From assembly GCA_030704615.1 (NCBI GenBank), contig CM060731.1, forward strand, positions 46,252,001 through 46,316,000: a stretch of DNA of 64,000 bases, in the 5' to 3' direction. This DNA comes from Takakia lepidozioides (Eukaryota > Plantae > Bryophyta). A program made the translations under genes and the position numbers. The notes under the pieces were generated by a model. The model was not told the DNA's origin, searched no databases, and saw only the letters and a list, made by a program, of their open reading frames with translations. Shown one piece after another: positions 35,018-48,716 of the stretch (position 1 is the stretch's first letter; each line of letters starts with the position of its first letter).

Positions 35018-38000
35018 GCGCCTTGGGGGACTCGTTGTGGAAAGCCTGGGTTGACAGCCCTCGGCACGTGCCTTGCGGTGTCACGCACCATTCGCTGCTG
35101 TTGCCACTGTTTCGCAGTTGTTACTACCTTGTGTTGACGACTGAGATGAATGGCACTCAAGCTAAACAGCACAAGAGGATCTGGAGTTGTGAGAGAAGAG
35201 ACACGCGGGCAGACAGGAGACAGATGAAATCATAGGCAAGTATATTCACATTCACAAAAGCCCCCCGAGGTCCAAATGCCCATCAGAGGAACAACCTTTC
35301 TCAAAAGTGTCTTCCACACGGACCAGTGGAGAGAGAGCAGGGGCAGGATTCAGTCTGCGAACTATGCCATCTACTGGACGTCAGATCAAACAACAAATTA
35401 AATCGTGAGAGTTATGAGTGACTGAGAAGACAATCAGCAGCAGCAAATAAGATACGAAGAGCCAGGTTACTGAAGGAGAAAGAAAGTCCAAGCCAACAAC
35501 AACGGCAAAAATGCAGGAGTATGAACTGGTGGAAGGGACAACTTCGAATCGACAGTTCTAGGGGACAAATTCCAGACCGCATTACATAGAACTGGGAGAG
35601 CAATAAACAGCTTCATTACACACAAGAAGGAACTTCACAAAACGGAAGAAAGCAGAAACTATGGGATAAAATTAAACCCCACTCAAGGAATTGAAACCTG
35701 CAGAAAGACAGCTAAAATAAAGAACTTGGAGGTGACATAGAGCCCAGCAGAGAAAGGATTTCTTCTTGTCAACATATCCAGCAGATAAGTGCCAGCCATG
35801 GAGTAAGAGAATACAAAGAAAGAAGGTGAAGGGGTCATAGGTCAGGTGAGAAGAAGCCATTATGATCAAACTGAACATAAGTGCTTTCACAATTGACAAC
35901 TACACCCTTTGAATTTTCCCAACGTTTGTCTTCAAATTGTGGGGCGTGAGCTAACCCCAGCAGAGGCTGCAGAGGCAGCAGTGGACAGGCACTGAGAGGA
36001 ACCAAGTTACATTCTGGTTTGGAAAGCCACTGCAGGAGAGAGATAGACATTGACATAGAGCACGTCAAGACTTGGACGCGCAGAGAGATGTAGACGGCAC
36101 CAAATGCAAAGGCAGAAGGGAGAAAGAGCCAGGGACATGGAGAGACTTTCATAGACAGCTGCTAAGAAGTGGAAACACAAACACTGCCGAGATAAACGGA
36201 ACTGGCCCAAGCTCAACACCAATTTGAGGCTTATGTTCGGTCCGGTTACGGAAAGGAGTTGTTGAAGTGCTCACAGCACAACAGGTACTCATTGGAGTGA
36301 AACAGTGTGAACAGACACACCCACAGACGTTGGTTGAAAGAGAGACAAGTTATCACCTACAGCACATTAGTGCCACATCCACAGAGATATATACAGACGA
36401 GAACAAGAAGGAGACGCAGGGAAACGAGACGGGAAACCTACATGCAGAGTTTGTAGTTGAAAGATGCCCTCTGAGAGCAAGGTCACCCCAATGCTCCCTC
36501 GATTGCTTCGGAAAATTCCCAAAACTGCAATCCTTGCCGAAAAATCACCAGATTTCAGCACCACATAGGCCTCAAGCCCCTGAATCTTGAAAATAATTTT
36601 TTTGATTCTTCCGTTTTGGTTGACTCGGTCATGTGATGTGTGGAGTGACAGGGAGAAAGAGAAGAGACAAGCTCTGGCTATGGTGGAACCTCTCGCACTC
36701 GATCATGTCTTTAGGGTTTTGTGCTTTTATTAAAAACATTTTTCATTTTTTGCTGTCTGCTCCTGCCACCATCTTGTACATACCCTGCATACCCACCCTT
36801 CATCTGTCCCCTCTCATTATCACTAAACCCTCTCAAATAAACCTAATCAGAGGTTAATTATAATTAACCCCCATTGATCCAGTCAACCACCCTTCCTACT
36901 ATATTATTATTCTCACGAGCATGGCTCGGCGTCGTCATCCACTCCATCCCTACCGTTCATTTTCTGTATTTCTCCTGTTCAAATACTTCCCAAAATATTC
37001 CATGTTAAATAATTACAATAATCCAATAGTTAGCGACTTCTTCGCCCGATATTAGTGCACTAATCCTTATTAAGAGAAAACAAAGTCTACGTATACGACT
37101 TGCAAAGAAATGTTTGATTTTACTTTTTAATTCAAATATAAATGAAAATAACCTTGCAAGTAGTTTCTTGCCATCGATGCTTTCAAAGCAAAACTGTTGA
37201 CTTAAAACATGACTAAATACGTGCCCAACTTAAATAAGCCCAGCTATCATTTAAAAATATTTAAAAATATAAACAAATATGTGTATTTAAAATAATGAAA
37301 TACCAAAATTTTGATAAAAAATCTAATCACCCCGAAAATAAAAAATTGCAAATACATATATATATAATAAATTTTAAGAAAACATATTAGAGCCGTATAA
37401 AGACAAAAATATTGAGATATGACATATCTTTTTAATGTATGAAACATGCGAGTACTATAATTGACCTCCCGCACTTGCGAAGTCATTGACCGGGATTGGG
37501 TCGCCGCTCGACAACCTCGGGTGACCATGTCTCATTGATTAATTAATCATCTCGGCCCATGTCCCCATGTCCATGTCCTCTAGCTCGTGCGAAAGGCAAA
37601 GATGCTGCGGCCCTGTACGTTAGGGAGAGAGTAGATGATTAGCCGCACGGTTAGTTACGGCTGCTGACAGGTGGACAGTCTCGTAACCAGACGATGGAGC
37701 ATCTGGCTTAGGGCGGACGGCTCCGATTGCGCAGTTAAGGATTAGGCGATAGTAATCACAGCGCTAATCACGGCAGCACTATCTTCACAGTATCCGCATG
37801 ATGTTATTAGGTAGCCCACCAATGTGGCTCTCTTTACTGTTTTTATTGTTTTTTAATTGTTTTTTAATAGCGCATATCATGCCTTTAATTTTAATTCACA
37901 CAAATTCTACTGTTTTCTTTTCTTTTTGCTTTTCCCCAAGAAAGAGAAAAATATAAACTAATTTGCCTCTCAATTTCATTAAAAAGTTCCCTTTCAGTGT

Positions 38001-38333
38001 TGGGACAAGAAAAACTCCCTCTGACAGGTTAGTTGGACATTGCACTGAGTGCCACCCAGGTGATTCTGGGCTCCAATCCTGCTATGCACCTTTTTTGGGT
38101 GGGGTACTATACTATCACCTGCCCTCGGGCTTGCCCCCATGAGCCAAGCTGTGGTGATATCGGCATGGCCAGTTTACTTGGAAAGAGTTTTACCTTTTTC
38201 TTTCACTGTAATAGAGGGGCAAGTCAATTAGCGAGCGGTTGCTCCTGGGTGTTTCTCTTTAAAATAGAAATAGAAAGAAGAAAAAAGAAGCCTATCATGG
38301 CTGTGTTCGTGCCGCCCTTGGTGAGGTTATTTT

Positions 38334-38677
38334 CAGTGTTGGGCGGATATAGAGTCATCGGGACATCAACAACTGCATGTCAGCCCGGATATCAATGTCG
38401 GATCTAGCTTTTTCGAAATGAATAACCGACGGATATGAAAATAAGTATGAAAAGAAAGTTCTATACCCCGTGTAATACCCGGCGGACATCCAGCCAATAC
38501 CCGTCAACACTTGGCAGATCTCAGCCCTAAACTTAATAACCGGATGCATACCCTAATCCGTTGTTTGTCACGTTGGTAATACCCGGATCCGAGCCATCAG
38601 GCAGATATTTAAAACCAAAAGTTTTTAATACCTGGAACGAGTGGCTGTAAAAAAACGTTCATATCCACCCAACATTG
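38334..38677. mobile_element. hAT-type MITE
   Basis: TIRs are CAGTGTTGGGCGGATAT and the inverse of CAATGTTGGGTGGATAT. Perfect 8-bp TSD GTTATTTT (38326-38333 / 38678-38685). Confidence 0.92.
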
Positions 38678-39803
38678 GTTATTTTCTCCTCTCACTATAA
38701 TTAAAAGGCCTGGCGTGTTTCCCGTATAAAGAAACTAGAAAACTTCAATTGGAAAAAGTCTGTAGTAGACTCAAAGAGTTCCTCTCACCGCTCTCCTTGG
38801 GGGAGGGATCTTAGGTTACGATGGCTTCAAGATGGTCAGCCCACCTTCCTTTCGGCCATCAAGTGGGTCATGATCTCGATGACGGAGTTCGTTTTGGGAA
38901 TGTTCTTGCTAAGCTCAAAAGAAAGCTGGTCTATTGGAGTTCTATACATCTATCTCTGGCAGGCAGGGATCTAATTGTTATAAGGTCCTGCTGGCCACTA
39001 CATGGTTCATTGCCTTCAGTATGGTCCCCTGGCTTAGCTCTTATTAAGCATATTAAAACGCTTATGCGTAACTTCGTATGGGATGCAACTTCTGCATCCC
39101 CCGATAAAAGAGCCTTGGTGAGTTGGATCTAGCTTTGCCAAAAGAAGAAGCATGGGGGTTGGGGGTTTTGGATCCTCAAGCCCAAATAATTGCCCTCTTG
39201 GCCAAATGGGTTCCAAGGGGGCATTTGTCCAGCCCCTGGAGCAAACTTGTTAGGAACCACCTGACAGTTGATGCTCCTTGCTCCAGCCCCCTTTGCCCTG
39301 CCTCTTTGTGTTGGATTATCCAAGGAGGCACTTCAAACGTGAATCCCAGGGTCGTGTCTTAAGCCTGGCAGACCATTTAATGGCATGCCTGGTACAAAGT
39401 TCGCTCATTTCTTTCTCAAACCAGCTTTGCTGAGGTTCTAAGGCAGCCCCTCATGGGGAACTATAACCGATATGTTGAATGCCTCATTCACTGCGGCAAT
39501 TGATGGGCACCTGGGATGCAGCAGGCCTCTCACATCTCCTCCACATTTGGGATGGAGCGACTGGATCTCTTATTTCCCCTGCCAGTACTTCCAAACGTTT
39601 TTCAGCCAAAATAGTGGCTTTGGGCTGGGACTTGATTACTGGAAACCTTCCATCTCTTTGGACTGATATTCTTGCCCAGCCCAAGCTATATAATTTCCCT
39701 ATCTGGCTGGGATTCTCCAGGGACGCGGAACAAATGGCTCTTTTCACTAGCTCACCCTTCGGGATCATGTTCAAGGTCCCAGCTTTAGTGTGGACAAATA
39801 TGG

Positions 39804-39989
39804 ACAACCAGCATGTAGCCCAGTGGTAATGGGCACATACCACGATGGAGGTGATTGTGGGTTGAAACCACGGTCTGGTGTATCATGAAGATGTCCACCT
39901 TTCAGCTGGAAGGCAGTAGCCCTTGTGACTGTGAAGAGACATCATAAATTATGCTCCCTTCGGGAGGCGTCTATATTTTTATTTATTTT
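39804..39989 (+). mobile_element. tRNA-derived SINE with T-rich tail
   Basis: A box TAGCCCAGTGG, B-box-like GGTTGAAACC, and a TATTTT tail. 13-bp TSD TGGACAAA(T/G)ATGG (39791-39803 / 39990-40002). A second copy lies at 52917-53094. Confidence 0.85.
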
Positions 39990-40181
39990 TGGACAAAGAT
40001 GGTACGGGCTGGTTTACCGAGGCAGTAAATTTCCAACTCTATCCAATCAGGGTTTATTGTTTTTTTTCTGAGCGGATTAACCCTTCACCTCCAATTGAAC
40101 TGCAACATTTATATGCTGGTAGCTTCAAAATATGGTTTCTCTTAGCCCCCTTGAGACTGCTTCAATTTGATCCGGGAGAGT

Positions 40182-43100
40182 TTTTAATCAAATTGGAGCA
40201 GCATAAACAGAACCACCATGGACACACAAGCTCTCTCACAAAGTCTTAATTGACAGCCACTGAATACAGACTCAAAGACAACCAGAGAGTACAGACTGCT
40301 ATCATGATATGTGACTGTCATGTGTCTGTCGTGGTGATGATGGCATCTTAAGTGCGCCGTAATTTGAAAACACCTTATAGAAGCTACATATACTAGAATG
40401 TTCTAACTACGGTTGTCATTAATTAAGGTAGCCGCACTAAACTAAAACTGATCTGAATCAGATTAATACATTTAACCTAACTTTGTTTATTTCTTGTAAC
40501 TCTATTACTCAACACTCCCACTAAGAGTTGCAAGGAATAAACAACTGAAAAACGTAGATTTCCCATATATCTACCATATCTCCCACTTTGTTTATTTCAG
40601 CGAGTTGAGAAGAGTGTGAAACCGATTGAAGGTCGTTGTAGGTAGAGGCTTCGTAAGAAGATTAGCAATTTGATCAGTTGTCGGGATATAGTGAAATGTG
40701 ATCTCCTTGCGCTCATAAAAATCTCGGATCATATGATAGAGGATATCAATATACTTTGTCCTTTTGTGGTAGACGGGATTCTTTATATACCGGATGATAG
40801 CCTGATTGTCACTGTAGAGTGTAGTTGGAACACGTTGTGATTCAAAACCAAGCTCGTCCAACATTTCGCATCCAAAGAACCTCCTTGGAAGCTAGACTCG
40901 CTGCATTGTATTCTGCCTCCATTGTTGAGCCTACATTGCATTGCTTTCGACTGAACCAAATTATTGGTGCCCCATTGAGAAACAACAAAATGCTGGTTCT
41001 GCTTTTCCTGTCATCTAGATCGCCAACCATAGTCTGCATCACTGTAAGCAATAAGAGTATTAATTGTTGAATTGGGAGAGTAATGAATCGTCAAATCAGT
41101 CATTCAAGTAATGAAAGATCCTTTTGAGTGCAGTGACATGAATCGGCTTTGGCTGTGATGATTCTTGTCATTGCAAACATCAAACTGCCCACTGCCTCCT
41201 GATAAGGAAAATCTGTGACGATTTGGTTATCATGACATTGGGTATATTCTTCCAATCACTACAACAAATTTGGGGGGGGGGGGGGGGGGGGGGGGGTGGT
41301 GGCCTCGCGCGGCGGAGCCTGCGACGCCAGCCCCGTGGTGTCTTTTTGCGACGCCCCGGCGTCGCACTCCTCCGGTGCAACACCCTTACGATGCCCAACC
41401 GGTAGCATGAAAGCCTAGCTGCGACGGATTTTTTTTTTTTTTCTTGCGACGCCCTGGCGGCGCAAGACCCAAAAAAAAAAAGCGTTGCGACGCCACTGCA
41501 TCGCAAAAACGTCACTGAAGACACCCTGGGGCGTCGCAACGACATTGCCACAATGAGGGTTTGTTTTTTTTGTTTTTTTTTTTGGAGGGGGGCTTTGCGG
41601 CCTTCAACGTCACAAAAATGTCGTTGGGGGCACCCCGCGCTACGACGTCAGGGGGTTGCAACGGTGTTGTAGTCAGCTTAGGTCATCACAAGGACGTCGT
41701 TTGGGGCGCTTGGTGGTGGGGCTGCAACAACGGCGACGACACTGGGGCTGGCCACTAAGGCTGTGGAGATTGCAATTCCCTGACGTCACAAAAGTGAATC
41801 CCTTAGAAGGAATTTGAAAGAAATTTTGATATGTATACATATATATAGATTGCTTTTGTGATACATAGATGTATCGTAGGTGTGTTGGTTAGTCTGTAGT
41901 GTCTTAGCAATGTTATAACGTGGAGGTCATAGGTTCAAATTTGCATTGCCTAATATATATATATATATATATAACATATCGTCACTGGAGAGAATCGGTG
42001 TCAATGGTCAACAAGTTTTTGAAATTCAAATGTACCCCCTTAAACTGCGACGTCTGAGCGTCGCACTTTGCGACCCCGAACGTTACTAATTCGGCATTGC
42101 AGAGTAGGATTTTTTTAATTTTTTTGTTTTTTTTTAACACCCGAGCGTTGCAAGTTGCGCCGGCGCAAAATTGCGACCCCCATCGGTCGTAAAATTACGA
42201 CGTTTTTTTGGCGACGCCTTTGCGACGAGCCTGCAACGCCCGAACGTCGCAAAATTGGCTTTCCCCCCTGATTGAAAAGGGCTGTTTTGCAACGCCGCGG
42301 CGTGGCTACGGCGTCGAAACCCCCTCCTTTTTCTTGTAGTGAATGTAACATTAGAGTCAACGAGTGTAGTCACTGTTCGAGCATCTGTCATCTTGAACTT
42401 TTTGATGATGCGTTTGATGCAAAGAAACTGATCAATCATCAGCGTTCATTTCTCTCTGTCTCTGATGATTCTAAGTCCCACATAGCAATCAGCTTCACAC
42501 TTGGTGACCTTAAAATATTTCCGCAAATATTCAATAACGTCATCTCCTATTACCTTGTCAAATGAAGCTACAAGCCCATCATCCACAAAGATTGTAAGAT
42601 AAATTTTGGGATCAACAGAACTGTAGTACAAATAGGGATCTGCAAGATTTTGCTTTAAGTTGTACTCTAGACAGAAGTCATGAAACTTTTGGTTCCAAGC
42701 TCTAGAAGCTTGTTTCAGACGTTCTTTTTCAGCCTGTAAACCAATCCATTTCATTTGGTTCTTCAAAACCCTTTGGTTGGCACATGTAGATCTCCTCATC
42801 CATCTGCCCATGGAGAAACGTTGTGCGAATGTCAAACTGTATCAACTCCAGATCTTGGATTGCAGCTATGGACAAAAGTGTTCGAATTGTTTCGTAACGT
42901 ACCACAGGCGAGTACGTTTCATGATAGTCAATGCCTTGCTTCTATGTGTAGCCTTTAGCTACAAATCTTGCCTTGAAACGATCCACACTTCCACCTGATT
43001 TAAATTTGGTCTTATAGACCCATTTACATTGCACTGTCTTTTGTCCTGAAATGATCTCTCTTGCATCCTTTAATAATGCACCAATCTTCAATACACTCTT

Positions 43101-43892
43101 TGCTCCAGTGTCCCCATCCATGGCATTCATTGCACTGACTATTCTTTTTTAGTTTAGCAATTCTTCTATTCCTAATCTTCCTCTCTTCCGGAGTGTATTC
43201 TCGGTTCTGCTGACTCCCACTCTTTACAGTGGTGTTGCTTCCCCCACTACTCCCACTCTTTCCAGTGTTATTGTATCTTCCACTGTTAGTGAAAAAAACC
43301 TTATCCGCACCATCCTGGTCAATTTGGCGTTCTTTATCTAACAATTCTTTCTTCTGTAAACGTTCTTGTAACTTCTTCAAAGTTTGTTCTCATTTAGAAA
43401 ACTGTCCCGGAACTTGCGTATCCCAAAACTCTCTTTATCTATGCCCCCTGCCATCGCTCATGAATCTCTCTTTCACCTTTCTTTCTTCTATGCTTTTGCT
43501 CTCAGACGTTTCGTTATTAAAACAATACACCCAGCTTCTTGACAAGGTGGGCCCATAACCTTTTAATCAAATTGGAGCAGCATAAACAAAACCACCATGG
43601 ACACACAAGCTCTTTCACTAAGTCTCAATTGACAACCACTGAATACAGACGTAAAGAGAACCAGAGAGTACAAACTGCTATCGTGATATGTGACTGTCAT
43701 GTGTCTGTCGTGGTGATGATGGCATCTTAAGCGCGCCATAATTTGAAAACACCTTCTAGAAGTTACATATACTAGAATGTTCTAACTACAGTTGTCACTG
43801 ACTAAGGTAGCCGCATTAAATTAAAACTGATCTGAATCAGATTAATATATCTAACCTAACTTTGTTTATTCTTGTAACTCTATCACTCAACA
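40182..43892 (-). mobile_element. Ty1/copia LTR retrotransposon with internal deletion (protease/integrase missing)
   Basis: LTRs are 40182-40514 and 43561-43892 (~333 bp). PBS GGTTATGGGCCCA at 43560-43548; PPT-like TTAGTGGGAG next to 40515. The gag knuckle CNECHGWGHWSKEC is joined directly to RT CKWVYKTK..RFKARFVAKG, followed by IFVDD and RNaseH DNQA..NPVYHKRTKYIDI. TSD is approximately AGAGT (one-base ambiguity). Confidence 0.93.
41257..42341. mobile_element. Non-autonomous CACTA element inserted in copia RT
   Basis: CACTACAACAAA.. at 41257 and ..TTTTTCTTGTAGTG ending 42341. TSD AAT (41254-41256 / 42342-42344). GCGAC subterminal repeats present. Confidence 0.92.
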
Positions 43893-46800
43893 AAGAGTGG
43901 TTTTGGATGAATAAGAAACATGATCCCTTCTTTGCCTATACAGGCAAGCTCGGTTACAATCTGCTCATGCCAATCCAAAAATTGGATCGAAAATGGACAA
44001 ACAAGTGGGCGCTGGTCTCTGGACACTCCATCTGGGCTGACATCTGGAAGAAGCAAAGGTCAACAAAAATTAAGTTGCATTTGTATGGATCTTTTAGTAG
44101 GGGCCATGTTTTCTGAAACCCCATTTTCTTGCTCTACCTGCAACGCTCAACTATTGGAATCTATGGAGCATTATTTTGTGGCATGCCCAATTGCTGCTTC
44201 GATTTGGGATCATGTTGTCTCCTTCTATATTAACTGGAACACAAATTTATGCTCTCTACTTCTATCCTGCTTCTAAACATCAAAGACATAGTCATTTGGT
44301 GTTCCTACCCTGTTTGGGATCTCAGAGGTCTGAATATACTTTGGCACATTTGGAAAATGAGATGTTCTCTTCCTTTCGAAAATGAGAGGCCTTGTTTGCA
44401 AAGGTTGCTCTTCAGAGTTCACTGAGATTTGTTATCTGAGGCTCATAAGTCGTGGTGTGTTTTTTCCATAGCTCTTCCCAGATGTGGTGCTAGAAGGCGA
44501 GTGAGCCTAACTGCTCTCGGCCTTCGACAACTCATGGGGAAAAAGGCGAGTCTTTTGCAGGAGGATTTTCAATTCGAGAGTTGAATGGCATGACCTGCCT
44601 ATTGGGAGCACATTTAGTGCAAGACGCTCCTCTATTGATGCTGACGATTCAAAGGTCAATTGGCGCCATCGTCGTAGTTTTAAAAAAGGAAAAGCTAGGA
44701 CTCAGTTTTATTTGAGGAGCCTAAGCGAAAAATAGGAAGCCTCCAGGATTTAGTCCTTCGCACTCTTTACGCTCAATCTCTGATTACCTCTGTTCATGTC
44801 TACTGGGATTCTCCCCTGCCATTCCCTTTCTGTCTTACCTATCGAACTCTTGACTTTCTCTTCTTCTTTAGGTTCGGAGCATTGTCTCGTTTATATGGCT
44901 CACGTAAGGTTATTTTTTCCTTACCATCTCAATAAATTCCAGGCTACCTCCCCTATTCTCCAAAAAAAAAAAAAAACAAACAAACAAACAAACTGGGGCA
45001 ACCACTTTTTGCACATTTCAGGCCTTTTTTTGAGCGGGGAATTTTCCCCACTTTTTTTTCTTTTTTTTTTTCCAAAAGGAAACCTGGGAACGACATCGCC
45101 ATTTTCAAGTGACGAAATTTTTTTTTCTTCTTAAAAATGACGGGATTAGTAAATTGGCTTTGCATTCTTTTTCTTTTTTCTTTTCTTTTTTACCCTCGAG
45201 AATGTGATCCATGATCCCAAGTGGTAACTTAGTAGTACGTTCGGGGTCCTTTCCGTTTGTCAAATACCAAATATCACGATTGATATATGTTAAAACAAGT
45301 GTGATAAGTTGAGAAAGGAACAAGTGGACGGAAAAACTGGGCCGGGAAGAATAAAGTTGGTGGAAGTCAGTCACGCGTGGCATGTTTTTGTAATAACTTC
45401 GATCACTGGTTTGGGAGGGATCTTTTACAAGCGCGTCATGTTCCCTGGATGCCGACACACCCATGTGGGCTCCACGCCGGGCGGCGAAACAGCGCCCAAC
45501 CAAATACAAACCAAAACATTCAGGAGGTTGTGACTTGTGATGTTGGAAGGGATGATACACTCACCGAGCTTCCATGGATCAGGACCCACTTGTGTGTCGA
45601 CTGCAGGTGGTGAGGAGGCGGTAAGGTCTCATTACGTTGCTTCGGTAGAGATGTCCGAGGCGGGGAACAAAGGTATGAACGGGTCTGGGTCTGTGATGTG
45701 TCCTCTTCATTTCCCCTTCCGAGTATCCTCTCACTCACAATAGCCAGAAATTGAAGCACTGAAGCAAAAGCTCCAATCAGCTTTACCGGGCTATTATTCT
45801 CTCCAAATTGTACATATATGAGTTTTGGGCTAAGCACAGAGCATCGACATCATTGTTGTTGCTGGAAATCTCTTCTATAGTCAAAGGAGACAACTAGAAG
45901 CGCCGAAGGGTAGGGTATGATATGTCCGTCAAGAGGGAGAGCCCATCTTGTACTGTATGCAGAATTGCCACAGCTGAAGACATTTCATTATTGTCGAACA
46001 AAACACAGTGTCCCCAAGCCTTGGGTGAGCTTGTAAAATGAGACCTTGTTTGTACAGCTCAGATTGTACCATTAGTAGACTACCTGTGCGTCGACGGATG
46101 TACAGGTATCAGATATGCAAAATTTAGATAAGATCTAAGCAAGTCAGAAATCTCAGTTTTTGTGAATTATGAATCAGCTCAAGAGCCACAAGACAAACTG
46201 TTGCAGAGACGTAACAACACAAGGGCCGACATCACCATCAACAGGTTCTTTATTTAGTGACACCTCTAAGAGTAGTGAAAGTAAAGGGCTCAATCCCTCA
46301 TGGAGAAAGCTAGAATTCAAAACAATCACAGAAGTCTCTAGACATAGTTCTAGGGGATTAAGAATGTAAACCGTAAGAGATTTGGGTTGGAGCCCCGAAG
46401 CTTCAAAACAATGAGACATACAGAATAGTCTATCAAGATGACCTCGAATGATCAAGCATATGAGCAAACTTGAAACAGAAAAGTATTTTAAAGTGCAAGC
46501 CAAGGATGCTTCAAAGTGCAATCAAAAGTGCAGCACCTTGAGAAGTTGGTGACCTCGTTATGAGCAAGACGGGCAAGACTGGCACCAGTGTCAATATTGA
46601 CATGCCTGATGATGAAGGTCATTGAGCTATAATTTATCGTTGAAAAATACAGGGTTAGGATGCAATATACATTCTGTTGTGGTAGTGTAGGTTCACTGTT
46701 CACGGAGTTACTTCCGGTTCTTTCTTATGGATTTCGTCTGCATTGACTGAAGGGTGGAATGATCATCCAATTTGGCTAGCCAGCTCGGGAGATAAGCTAA

Positions 46801-48451
46801 TTTTGCATCGAAAGTTGAGACACATTTGTGGAAATTAAGCTGGCAGGTGCCGGGGACGAAACTGGAATTGCCCATAACGTGTCAATGAGGTGTCAATTGG
46901 AGCACATATCACGCATCTGCAGAGACTTTTATTATGTAGTTTGGTGGGATGTTTGTCGAGAACATCTCGAGGGTGAAGTATTATAATCGAGGCAGAGTAA
47001 TTGGAGGACGAGTTGTGGAATCAAGTGGGTATTCTCGATGTAACGATGTTTACCCCCGTAGGATATTCTCTATCTCAGCGTTGTCTTGCGGCGCTGAGCT
47101 CATTGCTGGGTCAGCTTGTTGCGTCGACCCATCTCGTAAATACACTTGAGATTCAAGTTGGTGGCCCCTCCCATCGCAAGGGTCTTGGGGACTGAAACAA
47201 GAGATTGCGAGAGTTGTGATGGGACTGCAGCCCAAAAGAGGAGACGCAGTCACAAAATTGCAATGTCATACCGGGAAAAAGGTGGTGGGAAGATTAAAGA
47301 AGGGATATATTTTTTACGCCGACATGTCGATGAGACAGACTCAGAAGAAGTTATCTTTGCAACGCAACTACGTCGTGTAGGCACGTCATGCCGTGGGCGT
47401 GTGAGCTTGGGATTTCAGCTAGCACCAAATGGGCCTTCTCCCCAAACATGCCAGACCCATGGGCCTATTCTGGCTCGTAAAAAATAGGAAGGACAGAAGC
47501 TGCAATCGAGAAGGTTCATCGTGATGCGCATCAAACACTCAAATGTTTGTTTATTTTATTCCGAAAAGTCGAAGGAAAGCAACTTAGGCTTTTCACGCTT
47601 GTCCGTCTTCGTCACATGCGCAAGCGTCATGTCGCAGGACTTCCAATTTGCTCGCCCTCATAGTGCAAATTTTGATTTGTATACATGAGGATGACATTTT
47701 TTCTTGCCTACACAACCTGTGCGATCTGTGCGATGCACAAATGTCTCAAGACATTTGGGTATGTCATAGTGTATACCTGCAAGTTCCCAGTCCCAAGTTC
47801 GATAGCGAACTCGGCTATAACCTGAAAGCTGCCATGGTGTGAATTACTTCAAAAATTGCTTCACAAATCAGGTAGGCAAATTGTACGACGGTTAGATTTG
47901 TTTCTCTTAGCTGCAATTATGTCCTGATGTGGTGGAAGTCAGTTGGTCTAGTTCAAGTCCTCTATCAGCTGCTGTTCTAGGATTACAGGAGTGCTGGGTG
48001 CAACTTGCTTGCACAGCGAATTGCTTGTAAAGTTGGTCATCTTTGTTCTCAAGGGAGAAGGTGATATTTGTTGACTAGGTCTCGGGAGTAGTTGCCATCA
48101 AAGTTGCAGAGTTTGCACCCACAGTCGCGAACTGTCTTTGTAGTTATTGAGACAGTGACGCTTGATGGAGTGCTTTTTTCAGCAAACTTTGGGACAATGA
48201 CTGGAGGTGTAAGTTGGGGCATGGAAACAAGGTCATTGACATTGGTTTTCCTGGGTGTTGGGGGAAAAGGAGTGCCATCTCTAGAGAGGAAAAGTAAGTC
48301 TTGTATCAGAGGCAATCAAAGATGACAGGAAGATGACCAGAAGCTCCTGAATTTGTAGTGTTCCAGTACGGTTGGATTTCGCATCAATATTATTCCTCTC
48401 TGTTACTACTCAGTACACTTCCTTCAACTGTCTGAGAATTACACACCACTC

Positions 48452-48716
48452 GGGACTCGGTATGAGAGCTTAAAGGCGAAGGTGGATGAGCTAGACAACC
48501 AGCTGGAGGAACTCAAGGCAGACGAGTGCGAGAGCGAAAAAGATTAAAAGGTCACAGAGGCTATAGAAAACCTGAAGCGATTGTTTCCAGGTGTTCATGG
48601 TCAGATACCTGTAGACCGGCACAGAAGAAATACTTAGCTGTCACTATTGCCAGGGGCCCGCTTCATGGACGCTGTGCTTGTTGAGGATGACATCACTGGA
48701 CAAGAATGTGGTTAAG
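48452..48716 (+). pseudogene. SMC1: SMC1 (cohesin) hinge-region exon fragment
   Basis: Reads LKAKVDELDNQLEELKADECESEKD*KVTEAIENLKRLFPGVHG..RP..KKY.LAVTIA.G.FMDAVLVEDDITGQEC, ending at a GT donor. Contains stops and frameshifts. Confidence 0.85.

Larger units (their letters stand above)
38790..44700 (+). mobile_element. Decayed L1-type LINE ORF2 3' portion, interrupted by a SINE and a copia element
   Basis: Reads LKRKLVYWSSIHLSLAGR, LMRNFVW..RALVSW..LALPKEE.GLGVLD, LLAKW. After the copia it continues IWKKQRSTKIK and CSTCNAQLLESMEHYFVACPIAASIW (zf-RVT/CCHC). Ends are approximate. Confidence 0.85.

Noticed and set aside
38020-38090. Degenerate tRNA/SINE head (similar hint at ~41880-41945)
   Set aside because: Only a weak B-box resemblance, with no foldable cloverleaf, tail or TSD.
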